From: Lama glama
Lineage: Eukaryota
Direction of reading: 5' to 3'
Assembly (NCBI GenBank): GCA_028534125.1
Contig: CM052816.1
Location: forward strand, 29,638,001 to 29,702,000
DNA: 64,000 nt
Made by a program: the position numbers and the translations under genes
Part shown: positions 37,253-50,639 of the stretch, piece by piece
Position numbering within the stretch: position 1 is the stretch's first letter
Layout: every line of letters begins with the position of its first letter
Notes under the pieces: generated by a model
The model's input: the letters and a program-made list of their open reading frames with translations, nothing else
Database searches by the model: none
What the model was told of the DNA's origin: nothing

Positions 37253-37555
37253 TGTAAAGGGTCTGAAGATTTTATCTTATTCGTTAAGAGAAGTTAACCT
37301 GTCAGAGGTTTCACGGATACTAGCAAAAGATGTGAGATACTTGGGTCAAAGACAAAGGACTTTTCTACTGATGGCACAGCACCTAGTATGAGCTTCATGT
37401 TTGTGGTGCTTCTCCTTGCTCTCCCATCCAACCCCAGGTCTTACAGGAGTTTACAAAGAGGCCTAGGTGGATGCTGTGCACCCAGGGGATTTGCGTTATG
37501 GCTGAAGAACCCTAGTTTAGGGTTCCTGAACCTTGCCTCCTGGAGAGATAATGGT
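37253..37555 (-). mobile_element. LTR40-like ERVL LTR fragment
   Basis: tgtaaagggtctgaagatttta...tgggtcaaagacaaaggactttt resembles the recalled LTR40 end. Confidence 0.55.
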
Positions 37556-37799
37556 GAGATAAACTATTTAAAAATGTCTTGCTAGTTTTGATGGGGTTCT
37601 ACTGTTAATATTTATTATTTTTGAGGCATAATATATACTTACAGTGAGATTTATGTTAGTAAGTTACTGATAGTACTTCATAGTTCAAATAATCTTTATA
37701 ATTTCTACTTTTTAAAGTTATTGTCAAATCTAATTAGATTTGTTAACTCTTATGAAGAGTTTGAAGTAGGAGTAAGAAATAGCTCCGTCAGTTGTTGGG

Positions 37800-38035
37800 T
37801 TTTTTTTAAAAAATTTTTGAAGTATAGTTAGTTTACAGTGTTGTGTTACTTTCTGGTGTACAGCATCGTGATTCAGTCATATATAGATATACACACACTC
37901 ATCCTTTTTTGTATCTATCTTCCATTGCAAGATATTGAATATAGTTCCCTGTGCTATACCATAGGACCTTGTTACCTATTTTATGTAAAGTAGTTTGTAT
38001 TTGCTAATCCCAAACTCCTAATTTATCCCTCCCTT
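37800..38035 (-). mobile_element. truncated L1 3' end
   Basis: ttgaagtatagttagtttacagtgttgtg...aagatattgaatatagttccctgtgctatac. Confidence 0.8.
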
Positions 38036-40096
38036 TTGTTTGTGATTGTGTAATTAGAATTTCTTCAGTATAGGTTCTTTGTGGGTGTATGTAGTTTCTT
38101 TGTGGGTGCTGCTGTTAACACTTCACGTTATGGAACTCCTCCTTTTCTGTTAGGATCCCACGTATCCTGACACATTACCATGTGGTATACCATCCCATGG
38201 GGAGGGCATGTTATTCTATGTACTAAATATTAGTAATACTTAATTATAAAGAAAAGTGATAATATTATCTTTTTGCAACCCACTGGAATATTTTACTTAA
38301 GCATTTGGAGACTACTGCTCTAGGCATGTCCTCTGGGGCAAAGGTCTGTGAAAATCTTATCTAAAGATATTTATTCTCTTTATAGAGGAGTTACTTCCTC
38401 TCCTGTAACTGTGATTTTTTTCCCCTCTAAGCCTATTGTTCCTCTACTCCTGAAGGCATTTATAAAATCAAATAACGTGATGACAAAAAGTTTTGGGGAG
38501 GTTATGAGAATATTATTATTTACACTTGAAGCAGTGAGACATGGTTGAGATTACTTTTCTTTATGATGAAAGTTTGTTATGTTGGTAATGAAAACTATTT
38601 CTTCTTTCCTTGGTCATACTGAATATAGCTTCAGAAATGTAAAACCTAGTTTATTTTACAGGTTCTTTGTTTCTTTAAAGTGACAGTAGAGGGCACTGTG
38701 GTATTCAGTTTTTCAAAGACTTAAAATTAGAAAGTTGTTGCCATTTTTATGTCTAATGCAGTGTATTTATTCAACTGATCTATTGAAATGATGTGAAGCT
38801 CTGTTCTTTGCTTTCTTACTCTGTGGGACTATAAAATTTTTGTTGAGTATTGAGAAGTTTGAGGTACGTTATCCTTCTGGGTCCTACATTTGCTTTTGTT
38901 TAGTGGGTTAAAGAAATTATTTTAAAAATAGTAATTCTTGTGAATCTGTTCACTAATTTTTAAAGTTTGCCTGTGTGAGATTCTGTTGATTAAAATAGTG
39001 ATATGAGAAAAATAGCTTTCAGTGAATATTATGTTAGAAATGTAAATAAACTTTTAAATATTAATTAAACTTTTGAAAGATGTTTTTGTGGGCCTTAGCA
39101 TCTCTAGTTATATGTCAGATGTAATTTTATTTGCCTACAGGCTGTCAGAGATAGCATACCCAGAGTGACAGATTACCCCTGTATTACAGAATTCACTTTG
39201 GAAACCAGTCAGTTGTAGTCTGACAGGAAGGCTGCATATTTATTCCTACAACCTTAATGAGAAAAGAAGTAAAGCTTATTTCATAAATTTCTTCAGGGAA
39301 ATTATTTGAAAATTCCATTTATATTTTAAGAATGTAATTAATGTTAATAGGGTTGTATACATTTTAAAGAAGATAAAATCCAATAATAGAAAACAGTATT
39401 TATAATACATTTGCGATGCTTTGTAAGTGTAGAGGAGAAAAAAATCTCAGCTCTTACTTTAGTCATTCTGTTACAACTTAGTTGAAACTAGTAGTCATTA
39501 ATTAGAGCATTTTTATTGCATTTGCCTGTGTTTTAGTAGTTATTCCCCAGAACTTTCTTGGTGCCTTATTACCAGTTCGTGAAGGAGGAAATTGAAAAAC
39601 CTCTGACATACTCAAGATCACATAGCAAGACAATGATTTTGTCAGCGACGTATCTTAATAGTTACTTCTCAAACTTATACCGAGTCTACCAGTTGATATT
39701 TCTTCAGATATTAATTTTATTCCTTAGATATATATAAATTCTAGTAGTAGCTTGATTTTTATTTTAAGATGAATGTTCATTATTTATAAATAATATAAAG
39801 AGCAAACAATAAATTTTGATGTGTAGTTATCTGGTATTATTTTTCCCTGTCATCCATCATAGTTCATAAGAAGCGAGGAACTTTTAAAAAATTCTTTCTG
39901 GTACAACAAGAACAAATAAGTTGTATGAGGGCAGAAATCTTTTTCTATTTTTATTGCCCTAAGTACTTAATGTCTGGGATATAGTTAGGTATACAGAAAA
40001 TGTTGAAAAATAAAAATCTGCTGAATTTATAAATTATTTAATTCATTATTGACTTGAAATATTTCAACTTTCAAGGATTAAGTTTGGATGTAGAGG

Positions 40097-40231
40097 TTTT
40101 TTTTCCTTTTTTCTTTCTTTCCTTCCTTATTTCCTTCCTTTTTTTAATGGAGGTACTGAGGATTGAACCCAGGACTTCGTGTGTGCATGCTAAGTAAGCA
40201 CTTTACCCACTGAGTTATACCCACCCTCCCC
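40097..40231 (-). mobile_element. vic-1-like SINE
   Basis: ggaggtactgaggattgaacccagg...cactgagttatacc is the reverse complement of the 35577 element, with a T-rich tail on the left. Confidence 0.85.
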
Positions 40232-40254
40232 AAATGTAGGGAATTCTTTTTCTT

Positions 40255-41950
40255 TGTTCTTCTATTTTTATTTAATTTTTTAACTTATTTTTTTATTCAA
40301 TTTTTTTTTTAACTAAAAAACAACAAAAACACTTCAACCATTTCTCCCACCTCCACCCCCTGCCTCTGGCAACCACCCATCTTTTCTCTGTATCTACAAG
40401 CTTAGGTTTTGCTTTTTTTGTTTTTTTTTAAAGATTGCACATATAAAAGATCATACGGCATTTTTGCCTGACTTATTTCACTTAGCATAATGTCCTTGGG
40501 ATCCATCCATGTTGTTGCAAATGGCAAGATTTCATTCTTTTTTTTTAATGGCTGAATAATATTTAATTGTAAATTTAACATAATTTCTTTATCTACTCAT
40601 CCATTGATGGACATTTAGCTTATTTCCATATCTTGGCTGTTGTAAATAATGCTGCATTGAACATGGGAGTATAGATATCATTTTGAGTTAATGTTTTCAT
40701 TTTCTTCATATAAATACCTGGAAGGGAAGTTGCTGGATCATATAGTAGTTCTATTTTTAATTTTTTGAGGAATCGTCATACTGTTTTTCATAGTGGCTGC
40801 ACCAATTTACAATCCCACCGATAAAGCAGGAGAGTTGTTTTTTCTCCATACCCTCTCCTGCATTTATTATTTCTATTCTTTTTGACAGTAACCATTCTGA
40901 CAGGTGTGAGGTGATATCTCATTGTGGTTTTGGTTTCTATTTCCCCAGTGATTAATAATGTAGAGCATCTTTTCGTGTACCTATTTGCCATCTGTATGTC
41001 TTCTTTAGAAAAATGTCTATTCAGATCTTATGACCATTTTCAGTTGGATTGTTTTGTTGTTGTAATTGTTACTGAGTTTTATGAGTTTAAAAAATATATT
41101 TTGGATATTGGCCCCTTATGAGATAGATGATTTGCAGTTTTTTTCCCTATTCTGTAGTTTGTCATTTCATTTTGTTGATAGTTTCCTTTGCTCTGCAGAA
41201 GCTTTTTAATTTGATGTAGTCCCACAAGTTTATTTCTGCTTTTGCTTTTAGTGTCAGATTCAAAACATCATTGGTCAGACCTCAGGCAAGGAGAGGACTG
41301 CCTATATTTTCTTCTAGGAGTTTTATGGTTTCCAGCTGTACATTCAAGTGTTTAATCCATTTTGAGTTGATTTTTGTGTATCAGTGGTATAGTGGTTCAG
41401 TTTAATTCATTTGTATGTAGCTGTCCAGTTTTCCTAACACTTTATTAAAGAAACTATTCTTTCCGCATTGTGTATTCTTGGCTCTTTTGTTGTAAATTAA
41501 TTGACTATATATGTTCATGGGTTTATTTCTAGGCTCTGTATTCTTTTCCACTGATCTGTATTTTTATGCCAATACAATACTGTTTTAAATATTAGAGCTT
41601 TGTTAGTATAGTTTGAAATCAGGGAGCATGATGCCTCTAGCTTTATTCTTCTTTCTCAACATTGCTTTGGCTATTTGGGGTCTTCAGTGGTTCCATACAA
41701 ATTTTAGGGATTTTTGTCCTACTCCTGCGAAAAATGTCATTGGAATTTTGATGGGGATTGCATTGAATCTGTAGATTGCTTTGGGTAGTATGCACATTTT
41801 AACAATATTAATTTTTACAATCCATGAGTATGGAATATCTTTCCATTTATTTGCGTGTTCTTCATTTTCTTTCATTACTGTCTTGTAGTTTTCAATATAC
41901 AGGTCTTTCACGTTTTTGGTTAAGTTTATTACTAGGTGTTTTGTTCTTTT
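40255..41950 (-). mobile_element. ~1.7-kb 5'-truncated L1 (degraded ORF2 C-terminal part plus 3' UTR)
   Basis: Minus-strand ORF fragments [37 protein letters not shown] and [27 protein letters not shown] are L1 ORF2 sequence. Confidence 0.92.
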
Positions 41951-43463
41951 GGAAGAATATTTTAAAATGAAGAGAGTAATTACTCTGCACTTATCCACTA
42001 GTTTGGTAAGAGATTGTTTAACATTTGGATAGCTAGTCACCAGTGTAGTACATGCAGACAATTGCAGAGGAGGAAAATATGAGAAAAATTGCTGTTAATA
42101 ATAAATAAGCACCAATTCTTATTGTAAAGTAACTTGCTAAATATAAAGTAGATCAATTGAAATGTGAAATATTTTAAAGGACTGTAGTTTTATTAGCTTG
42201 AGGTAGTTGTAATTAGAATTAGGTTAATAATAGGAACTTGCTTTAAAATAAATAGGTAATGATGTTTTATGAGCATGTTAAATCATAAGCCAAAACAATT
42301 AGTTTTAGCTTAAGTCACAGTCACAGAGTTTATATGTAAAGTGCCTAGCTGTTTTTTTCTTTTCAGTAAATATTTTCTTCAGTGTTTATCTTTTGTTATT
42401 GCTTACCAGAAAGATCACAAATAGTAATAAAAGATCTGAATTTCATTTATAATACAAACTAATTGCTTATGTACTAAAGAGGAAGTGAAGGAGAGATCAG
42501 TATTTGTTAAGTAAGAAAATGAAGGGATAGGGTAAGAAATTGTGTAGGAGGAGAAAGACATTTCAAGGTGGAGGTAAAAGGGAATGCAAAAGTATTCCTT
42601 CATGTATTCAACGGTATTTATTGATAACTTACTATGCTAGGTACTGGAATATAAAAGTGGAAAAAGGAATCCAAGTCCTTGCCCTTAGGTAGCTTACATT
42701 GTAGGGAAGGAAGCCCGACTTAAGATAACATAATGCCAAATTGTAGTAAAATGCCTCTTTCTTACTGATTAAGTTGAAAATTTTTTTCCATTGCATATTT
42801 ACATTTTTTTTAAAAAAGCAGCTTTCTTAAGGTACTATTCACATGCCATGGCATTCATCTTATTAGAGTGTATAGTTTAGCAGAGTTTTGTTATATTAGC
42901 TGATTTGTGTAAACACCACCAATATCATAATGATTTTAGCAGGTTCTCTTTGAGTGTCTCTTTTCAACCTCTTTCTCTCAAGCTGCCTTTTTCTTTCGGC
43001 ATTGCTTCTTACCCATTAGGTTTCATCATTATCAGCTGATTGTTCTATCATTTTGATACAGTGCCCTGGAGCAGTGCCCTTGCTCAGCAGTCTGATCCAA
43101 TTAAATTTGGGAAGGGGTAGTTTTTGAGGCCACTTACGGAGATTTGTTCTGACTGTAGGTGTGCCTTTAGGTCTCTTTCCCTGGTGCTTTCTGCTGAACT
43201 AACTGGCCTATGGTTTAGCTTGTTGCCCTTAATTAAGAAAGAGTTATTATTTTTGAGAGCATCCTTATCTTAGGCTTGAACTTCCTCACACTCTATTTCA
43301 AATAAAGTCAGTTACTTTGGGAACCGCAGACCTCTTTTCTTAAAGTCTTCCTCTCCAGGGCAAAGTATTTGAGCCACTGTTCTGGACACCAGGCTGAGCA
43401 GTAGCCTCTGGCTTGCTGCTTCTGGTGTGGAACTTCTGTCCTAGAAGTGATCTAGGGTGAGAA

Positions 43464-44831
43464 TGTTAGAGCAGGCAGATAGCTAAATATGAGCAGAGAA
43501 AGGGGGACACAGACCAAATGGCAGGAATTGGGCAGAAAGGAGGGGCACAAGCCAGATGCAGGAAACTTACATATGTACCAGGGGTCCCTGGGAAGAGAAA
43601 GAAGAGCAGGAATCTTTGGGCTGATAAGGGGCCACATCTTTTGGCCTGGAGACCAACAAAGAAAGGTCAGAAAAGGCAGGAATTTCCAGTGTCCAAATGT
43701 AACCTTTTGCTCATTATGCCCTCATTTCAATAAAAAATAACCTTGCAGGTCAGAAGTACCTATCATGCACTGATGCCATGACACTTCTGATCCAGACTAA
43801 ATAAGGACAAAAATCTCTCCTCCCTTTGGGAAGGTGGAGTTGGGATGATAATCAGGAAATACAACCCCAAGCCCTTCCCTCCTCAATGACTATTACACCT
43901 GTTCATTTTTACAGACTATGTAACTAACTTGCCAAAGAAACTCAGGGCAGCCGCTCACCTGAGCCTATCCGCTCTCCCCTTGAGAATGTACTATTCATCC
44001 TTTAATAAATCCTCACTTTACTTTTTAAACCTCTAAGTCTTGTCTCTGAATTCTTTCTGGAATGGGACAAGAATCTGGAACACCGGTTGGATCCACCGGC
44101 AACATCTTTGGTGAGCCAGCCAGGAGACTGGAGATCTGGTAAGCCAAGGCCTGTCACCTCCCTTGTGCTTGAGAAACACTAACTCTTTCTCTCTCTATTA
44201 CTCTCTTATCATCTGTCACTTATTTTGGACCTACTGCCACAAAAATATAGACAAAAATTGAGCATGTAAAAGCTTATAGGGTGCTGGCCACTAAAAAGGT
44301 CTCTCCTGTGAGGGTGAGGGTGAGGGGATCACGGATTGGACTAAAGAGAATAGTCCTGTCTGCCCACGACAAAACAATTTCCACACTGCATTCTCTAGGT
44401 GCACAGTTAAGAGCATAGCATTGCCCCCTCCCCGAGGCTAACCTTGTCTCCTCTCCCTGCCTCTATCTTGCTGCACTTTCCTGTCTCACTCTGTGAAAGG
44501 AATGGAGGAAGGAGGAAGTTGGCCATTTCCCGCGCTTTGACTTTTGTGGCTAGCCTTGGGACTGTCGTGGCTCCTGCGGGCACTTTCCAAACCCTGCCGC
44601 CAGGTTTTTTATTTCTCATTGTTACATATGCACAGGGCTTGTTAAGGAAAGTTCCCAGCAACCTTCACAGGCAGCCACTTACCTGAGCCTGCCCACTCTT
44701 CCTCTTGAGAGTGTACTATCCATCCTTTAATAAATCCTCACTTTACTTTTTTTTGACCACTATGTCTTGTCTCTGAATTCTTTCTGGGATGGGACAAGAA
44801 CCTGGAACGCCGATTGGATCCACTGGCAACA
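43464..44831 (+). mobile_element. internally deleted ERV1-type provirus: full 5' LTR 43464-44104, PBS 44109-44126, leader, partial 3' LTR 44670-44831
   Basis: TGTT...AACA LTR termini, PBS TGGTGAGCCAGCCAGGAG, ~160-bp direct repeat 43946-44104 vs 44670-44831, flanks agaa / agag. Confidence 0.88.
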
Positions 44832-47367
44832 AGAGCTGTTGGGGTTCTGGCATTCTCAGCCTACTGCACTGTGATACAGCTTCTGTGTTTTAGGTGGAGG
44901 CTAGGTGGAAGAGGGGAGCCTCTGCTCTCTTGGCCACACTCACCAGGAATTTATTTTCTTCCATTAGGAGCTGGAGAGTATAAGAAATGCTGATGGGTCT
45001 ACCTTTATCTATGACATACAATAAGCCTTGATTGAAAGCTGAGAGGAAGCTCTGTTCTCTTGCCACACTTACCTGGAGTGGAGTTTCTGTCAACCTCTAC
45101 TGGGGCAAGATAGTAAATGAGTTATGGCTGAAATGCCATGGACTATCCCAATACCAAGTTTTCATAGATTTTCTTGAGTAATTTTCTTAATATGCCCTTA
45201 GGACAATCTCCAGAGACTTTAAATGGTTGTTTTTTAAAATAGTGTTGTCAGTTTTGTTGTTTCACTGGAGAGTGGGTCTCTGAAGCAACTTTCCCTGTTA
45301 TCCTGGAAGTGAAACTCTCCACACTGCTTAATTCTAAATCTTCCTAAAATTCAAACATGCCTTCCCAGTAAAGAAGGTAAATGTTTTCTTGTTTCTATTT
45401 TTTCATAAACAGAGGTTTTGGTCAGACATGAAACACAGAGCTATTAATATCCAGAGCAGATCTTTACAATATCCTGTCATACTAAGAACTTGTATAATTA
45501 CTATATATATTTATATGTCATGAGCTAAAGATGTTATTTATATGTTTGTTTTTCCTAGTTTTCTGCTACTCACAGAAATCTGCACCTTTCACTCAGCTTG
45601 CTTACTTGATTAGATTGTGCAGTTCTTTGACTCTACTGATACGTGGATGTTTCCTGCAGAGGACATTTGACATTTTTTGCATTTTTCGTATTCTTACAAT
45701 CATATAGTTTACAAATGTATAAGTTGATATCCAATTAAATTCTGATTTTTAAAAACTGGCTTCATCTGATCTTAAATTACATTTTATAGAAGGTTTTACT
45801 GAAATTTGATTATGTATATGCAAGAGTTGCATATAAAAAAGTGAGAAACTTAAAATTTCAGAATTTGAGTGTACCTCATCCTCTTCATCCTTCTGCTGAA
45901 TGGGAAGTTCCTTCTAATTGCAGCCCTTGATCTTTTTGCCAGTATACCTGGTTCCATCAGTCACCACTCCTGTGTTTACTTGTGTATGCTCTTCTTGTGA
46001 CCACTAAAGACTCCTTCCATTCCTTTAACTCTGCTCATATTCCTGAGAAGGAATCCATTGTAGGGCCGTAATGACACAGAACCATTTCAGATGTCTTTGG
46101 AAAGCGACTGTATTGCTTTTCCTTGGGTTAATCCTCCACTCTGGGTTCGGTAGTAGAGAGGGGGAGTGGGGTCATGTGGTACGATATGTTTCTACCTCTG
46201 CCTAAGATATTATCTAGATAATTTCTTCAGCAGGAGCACAGGTTTGACAGTTTCCTGCAGAGTGAGTTGGTAGATAAAATCGAACCAATTTACTCATACT
46301 CTGTGTTTTATTAATATAACTATTTCTTACCTCAGGCTGTACTAACCCAACATTAGTAAAATTGAGGAAAGAGCTTATAGTGATCAATTTTGTAGTGGTA
46401 AGTATGCCGTTGGTAATTTCTTTTAATGTAGCATTCTCTTGTATCCCATTGTAGTGGCTTGTAATTTCTGCCTGTGATAGTGATCTATTGTGAAAATTTA
46501 CTTCGTGATATACTGTATCTGACTTCTTGATGAATTTCATAGCTAAATGCACATATTAAATAAAGGATTTAATGGTAAAATTTCCATATGTATTGCTTCA
46601 ATATCTTTGGAAGGACACACAAGAAAATAATCCCTGGTTGCCTCTAGGGAAGAGAATGCCCTAGGCTGGAGGTCTGAGATAGGAAGTATACCCTTTTATT
46701 CCTTCTGAATGTTGTGATGAGTGTAAGTGTTACTAAAACAATAATAAAGCACTAAGAAGTAAGTAAAACAAAAACAACAAAGTAAACAGTAACATAAGGG
46801 AAAATAAATGGATGTGGCAGGGGCTCTGTGCATATAATTCGAGCCAAAGATACTTTGGTGGCCTCTGTTTGGGTTTCTTCTCACAATTGGTGAGCTCTCC
46901 ATGTTGACTGATGGCTAAGTTTGATGAGAACTTTCTTCTATGTGGTAATTATATTCTAGTATTTTACCATTATTTTGTTCCCTCCAATGTCAGATGATTT
47001 AAGAGATTTGCCAGGTTTCTCTTTGACATGAGATTTGTTCTTGATTTGGAGTGTAACTTAATAGAAGTCTTGCTTCATGAATAAAAAGACCATGGTGGTG
47101 ACTTACTAATATTCTTCCACTAAAGACATTTAAGGCAAGATTTTTTGAGATATTTTAATCTGTATAGATGGTAAAAAATTGCGTCTTTTTCAAATTCTGG
47201 TGCCTAAAAATCTGATTGATTAAATCAATTCTTGGTATCATTTTTAAAGATTTCAGCTTTAGCAAGTCTCTTTATATAATGAAGTGGGATTATGTTCACA
47301 TTTTAGGTTATTGTTATGTAACTGTGTCTTAAACATACAGGTTTTCATTTTTCTTTCTGCCTTTTAG

Positions 47368-47458
47368 CCGGCCTCAGAAAGTGTGTTTGTGTCCATTTCT
47401 ACCAGTGCATCCTCTACACATCTCTACGCACTTATACATAGTTCAGCATCCAGCAGAG
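47368..47458 (+). CDS. DTWD2: DTWD2 coding exon 2 (91 nt)
   Basis: Polypyrimidine acceptor ttctttctgccttttag|C and donor GAG|gtgagt. In frame with exon 1: (S)[30 protein letters not shown]. Confidence 0.96.
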
Positions 47459-49437
47459 GTGAGTAAGATGTTGTAAAATACACACTTTCAAATAGAATAT
47501 TAGTACACAAGAGGAAGTATACAGATGAACATACCCATACCTCTCAGATCTTCAGTGTTTCTGAAAACAGATTGATGTCAAAAATAGTTTCTTTTATATA
47601 TTATATGACAGTATAGTATCATATGCTTAGACAGATAAAAACTGTATGATTTCATAAAATGATGTTATTTTATAAAACTGTTATTGAATAGTATATAGAA
47701 ATTTAGAACTCCAACAATTTTGTATAAAGAAAAATTAGATTTTATGAGCCAAGAGCTAAGAAAATCATTGCTTTTAAAATTTTGATGGTAGCTCATATTC
47801 CTTGATGTCTTTTCTTGTTAAGGTAGAGGTCATTCTCAGCATTTTAGTGTCATAAAATGAATGTATAAAATAAATTTTTTATTTCTTTAAGTGAATAGAA
47901 CTATATATTTTATTTGTGTATATAAAATAAACATATGTATAAATATGCATATATGTTGCATATAAAGACTTTTTAGTTAATACTTTCCTATATTGGTGAG
48001 CATTATGTATGTGCTGGTGTGTATGTGTGTTTGTGACTCTTGATTAACCACAATAATGAAGAGGGGAGGGAAGGAGATCATAGATAACCACAAATTATAA
48101 TCAGTACAAAACTAGTTCATGTATGGAACAAAATGGGTATAGTGTAAACTGAAGTTAAAACTCTTCCAGGCTTTTGAAGGAGGAGTAATTATCTCAAAAA
48201 TAACAAAAAATTTTACAAGGAAGAAATATTATGTTAAATTGCGTGACCTTTTGTGAACAATGTATATGTAGCCATAGTGATGTAAATACTGTTTATTGAT
48301 TTATCTAAAAATATTAGCAGATGTGAGGGTAAGAAGTGATGTAAGAAAGCTGAATTTTCATTTATTATGACAGGCTATAGTCATAAAATGCTGCAATTAA
48401 GAGTAAGGCTCAGGAGTTTTAATCCTTAATAACTCTGTAAACTCTAACTCTGGGCAAGATAATTAACCTCTCTGCTTCAATTTTGCCGTTCGTGAAATGG
48501 TCACAATAAAAAAAGTATACTTTGTTACTGGTGTATTATGAACAGTAAATGAAAAAAATATATATATATATAAAATGCACTTAGAATTATGTACATTAAA
48601 GTTAGCTATTATGATCATGATAAATGGTAGTTTGTAGGTAATATCTAAAATTGATAAGGAATAGTAAGACATATGTAGAAATATGGGTGCAACTACTGGA
48701 AGAAATTGCAGGAAGAGTTAAAGTGATTGCCCCTGGGGAGGAGTATTGGGGTGTGTACCTGGGAACATTATAAATCTTTTGGCACTATTTAATTTGACAT
48801 ATTTACAGGTGTTACTCTGAAAAAAGTTTGGAAAGTGATTTAATTATGTGTCAAAGTTTCATAGTGATGGTAAGGAGTGAAGAAAAGAGTATGAGACACT
48901 GGAAAATGTGCTAAAACTCCCCTCTCACCTGTCTGGTGCCAGTCCCATTCATCATAGGAACTGCTCCAAACTGCTATTTTCAGGCTCCCTCAGGGCACCA
49001 GCCTGCTACATGTTCTTTTTAGTTAAAATACCAGCAACTTCTGACTCTCCTATTTCCTTTTTGAACTTTTTATTAAGCAAATCAATTTAACTGCTCTCAG
49101 CATCTTTAAATTCACCTTTTGCATGTTATTTTAATCAATACTTCAGAGACCAGAGGTGAAAGAGGTAAACACAGAAATGTCTCTGAGGGTGTATGTATGT
49201 ATGTGTTTGGTTGTTGAATACTGTTACTACAATAATTATTTGTTTCTGTTGTAAACATAAATAATATAATTATAAATTTATTTTACTTTCATAAATTCAT
49301 ATATAATTTTACTATTGTGTATATTGATTTACTAAATAACTTTGATATTTTAAAGGAAAGTAAGTAATATTTGATATTCCTTAAGTACATTGTCATTTTT
49401 CTACAGACACAAAAATAGTCAAATTATTCCCTGTGAG

Positions 49438-49441
<4 letters not shown>

Positions 49442-49479
<38 letters not shown>
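49442..49479. repeat. (TA)19 microsatellite
   Basis: Directly visible. Confidence 0.95.
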
Positions 49480-49480
<1 letters not shown>

Positions 49481-50544
49481 GCAGGATTATATAAATTGGT
49501 AGACATAACATTGGGCTGTATGTAGGTAAACTGATTAGAAAGGGCCTCTGTCACTTATTGGATCAAGCATGACATTCCCAGTTGGGCCAGTGGAGAAGCA
49601 CCAGACAGTGACTGAGCACTGCAGACTAAAATAACCAAGAAAGTATGATGCTGAGGAAGAAGAGCTAATCACTTGACTCCTAGGATTAAGGAAGGAGCTC
49701 TTTTGACAACCAGAAAGGGAGGTTTTAGTGTTGGAAGCTAGAATATTGAAAAAGCCACTGATGGTAGTTAATGTAATTTACAGAAACGGTCATCAGCTTT
49801 CTCCACTCTGAAGTTATTAATTTTTCTCTTTGCATACTCTGTTCTTTGGAAGTAAGGGCATAAATCCAGATGACACTCAAGTAGGAGGGAGACATTAAGC
49901 TCTGCCTCTTTGAGTGGGTAGAGTTTATATTAACTTGGGCTTCTTCTGTAAGGAAGACTTGTCTCTTCTCTCCCATTTATTTATTTATTCAATTATTTAT
50001 TTGTATCAGTCTGGTCTCTATATTTATTTTGCACTTTAGGTTATAATCCAAATACTATGTTAATTATTTTGTTGCTCATATTGTTCCATTGCATACTCTT
50101 TAAGATTGGCTTCTTTGTCTCTTTGATATGCCCCCCCCCTTTTTTTTAGCACTTCCTTGCTTTCTGGGCATAAATATCTATGCAATTATCTTCAAGTAGA
50201 CATACTACAAAATGTAATTACTAGTGAAATAAAAATATGTCAGTAAATGATTCAATTTAGTTAAACATAAATTTATGTTTTTATAATTTTATCCATTATT
50301 TAAATTAATGTTACCTTATTTGGTCAGTAAGTGTGTGTACATTCCAAACTAGAATAAAAATATGTTCTTGTATTATATTTAATACTGATAAATCAGAGAA
50401 ACTATAGTTCTTTTTGTTAAACTGTGATCTCTAGTAAAAGACTTGTGAAAATTATATATAATGTTATGAATCAAGTGTTCATCAAAAAAGTTTTAAAAGT
50501 GTGTCTAAGTAAAGTCTACATTTTAATTAATTTTTTAATTATAG

Positions 50545-50639
50545 GAAAGCAAGGTATTGCGGACAGTTCCTCTACTAGCAGCATGTCTCCCCCAAGACAA
50601 GTGTAAAGTCAAGATTGGTCGTCGCTTTAGTGAAGAAAG
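50545..50639 (+). CDS. DTWD2: DTWD2 coding exon 3 (95 nt)
   Basis: Acceptor ttttttaattatag|G and donor AG|gtaaat. Encodes [31 protein letters not shown](R). Confidence 0.95.

Noticed and set aside
40788..42061. ORFs with reverse-transcriptase-protein similarity as a possible domesticated gene
   Set aside because: Fragmented, frameshifted L1 ORF2 in a 5'-truncated copy.
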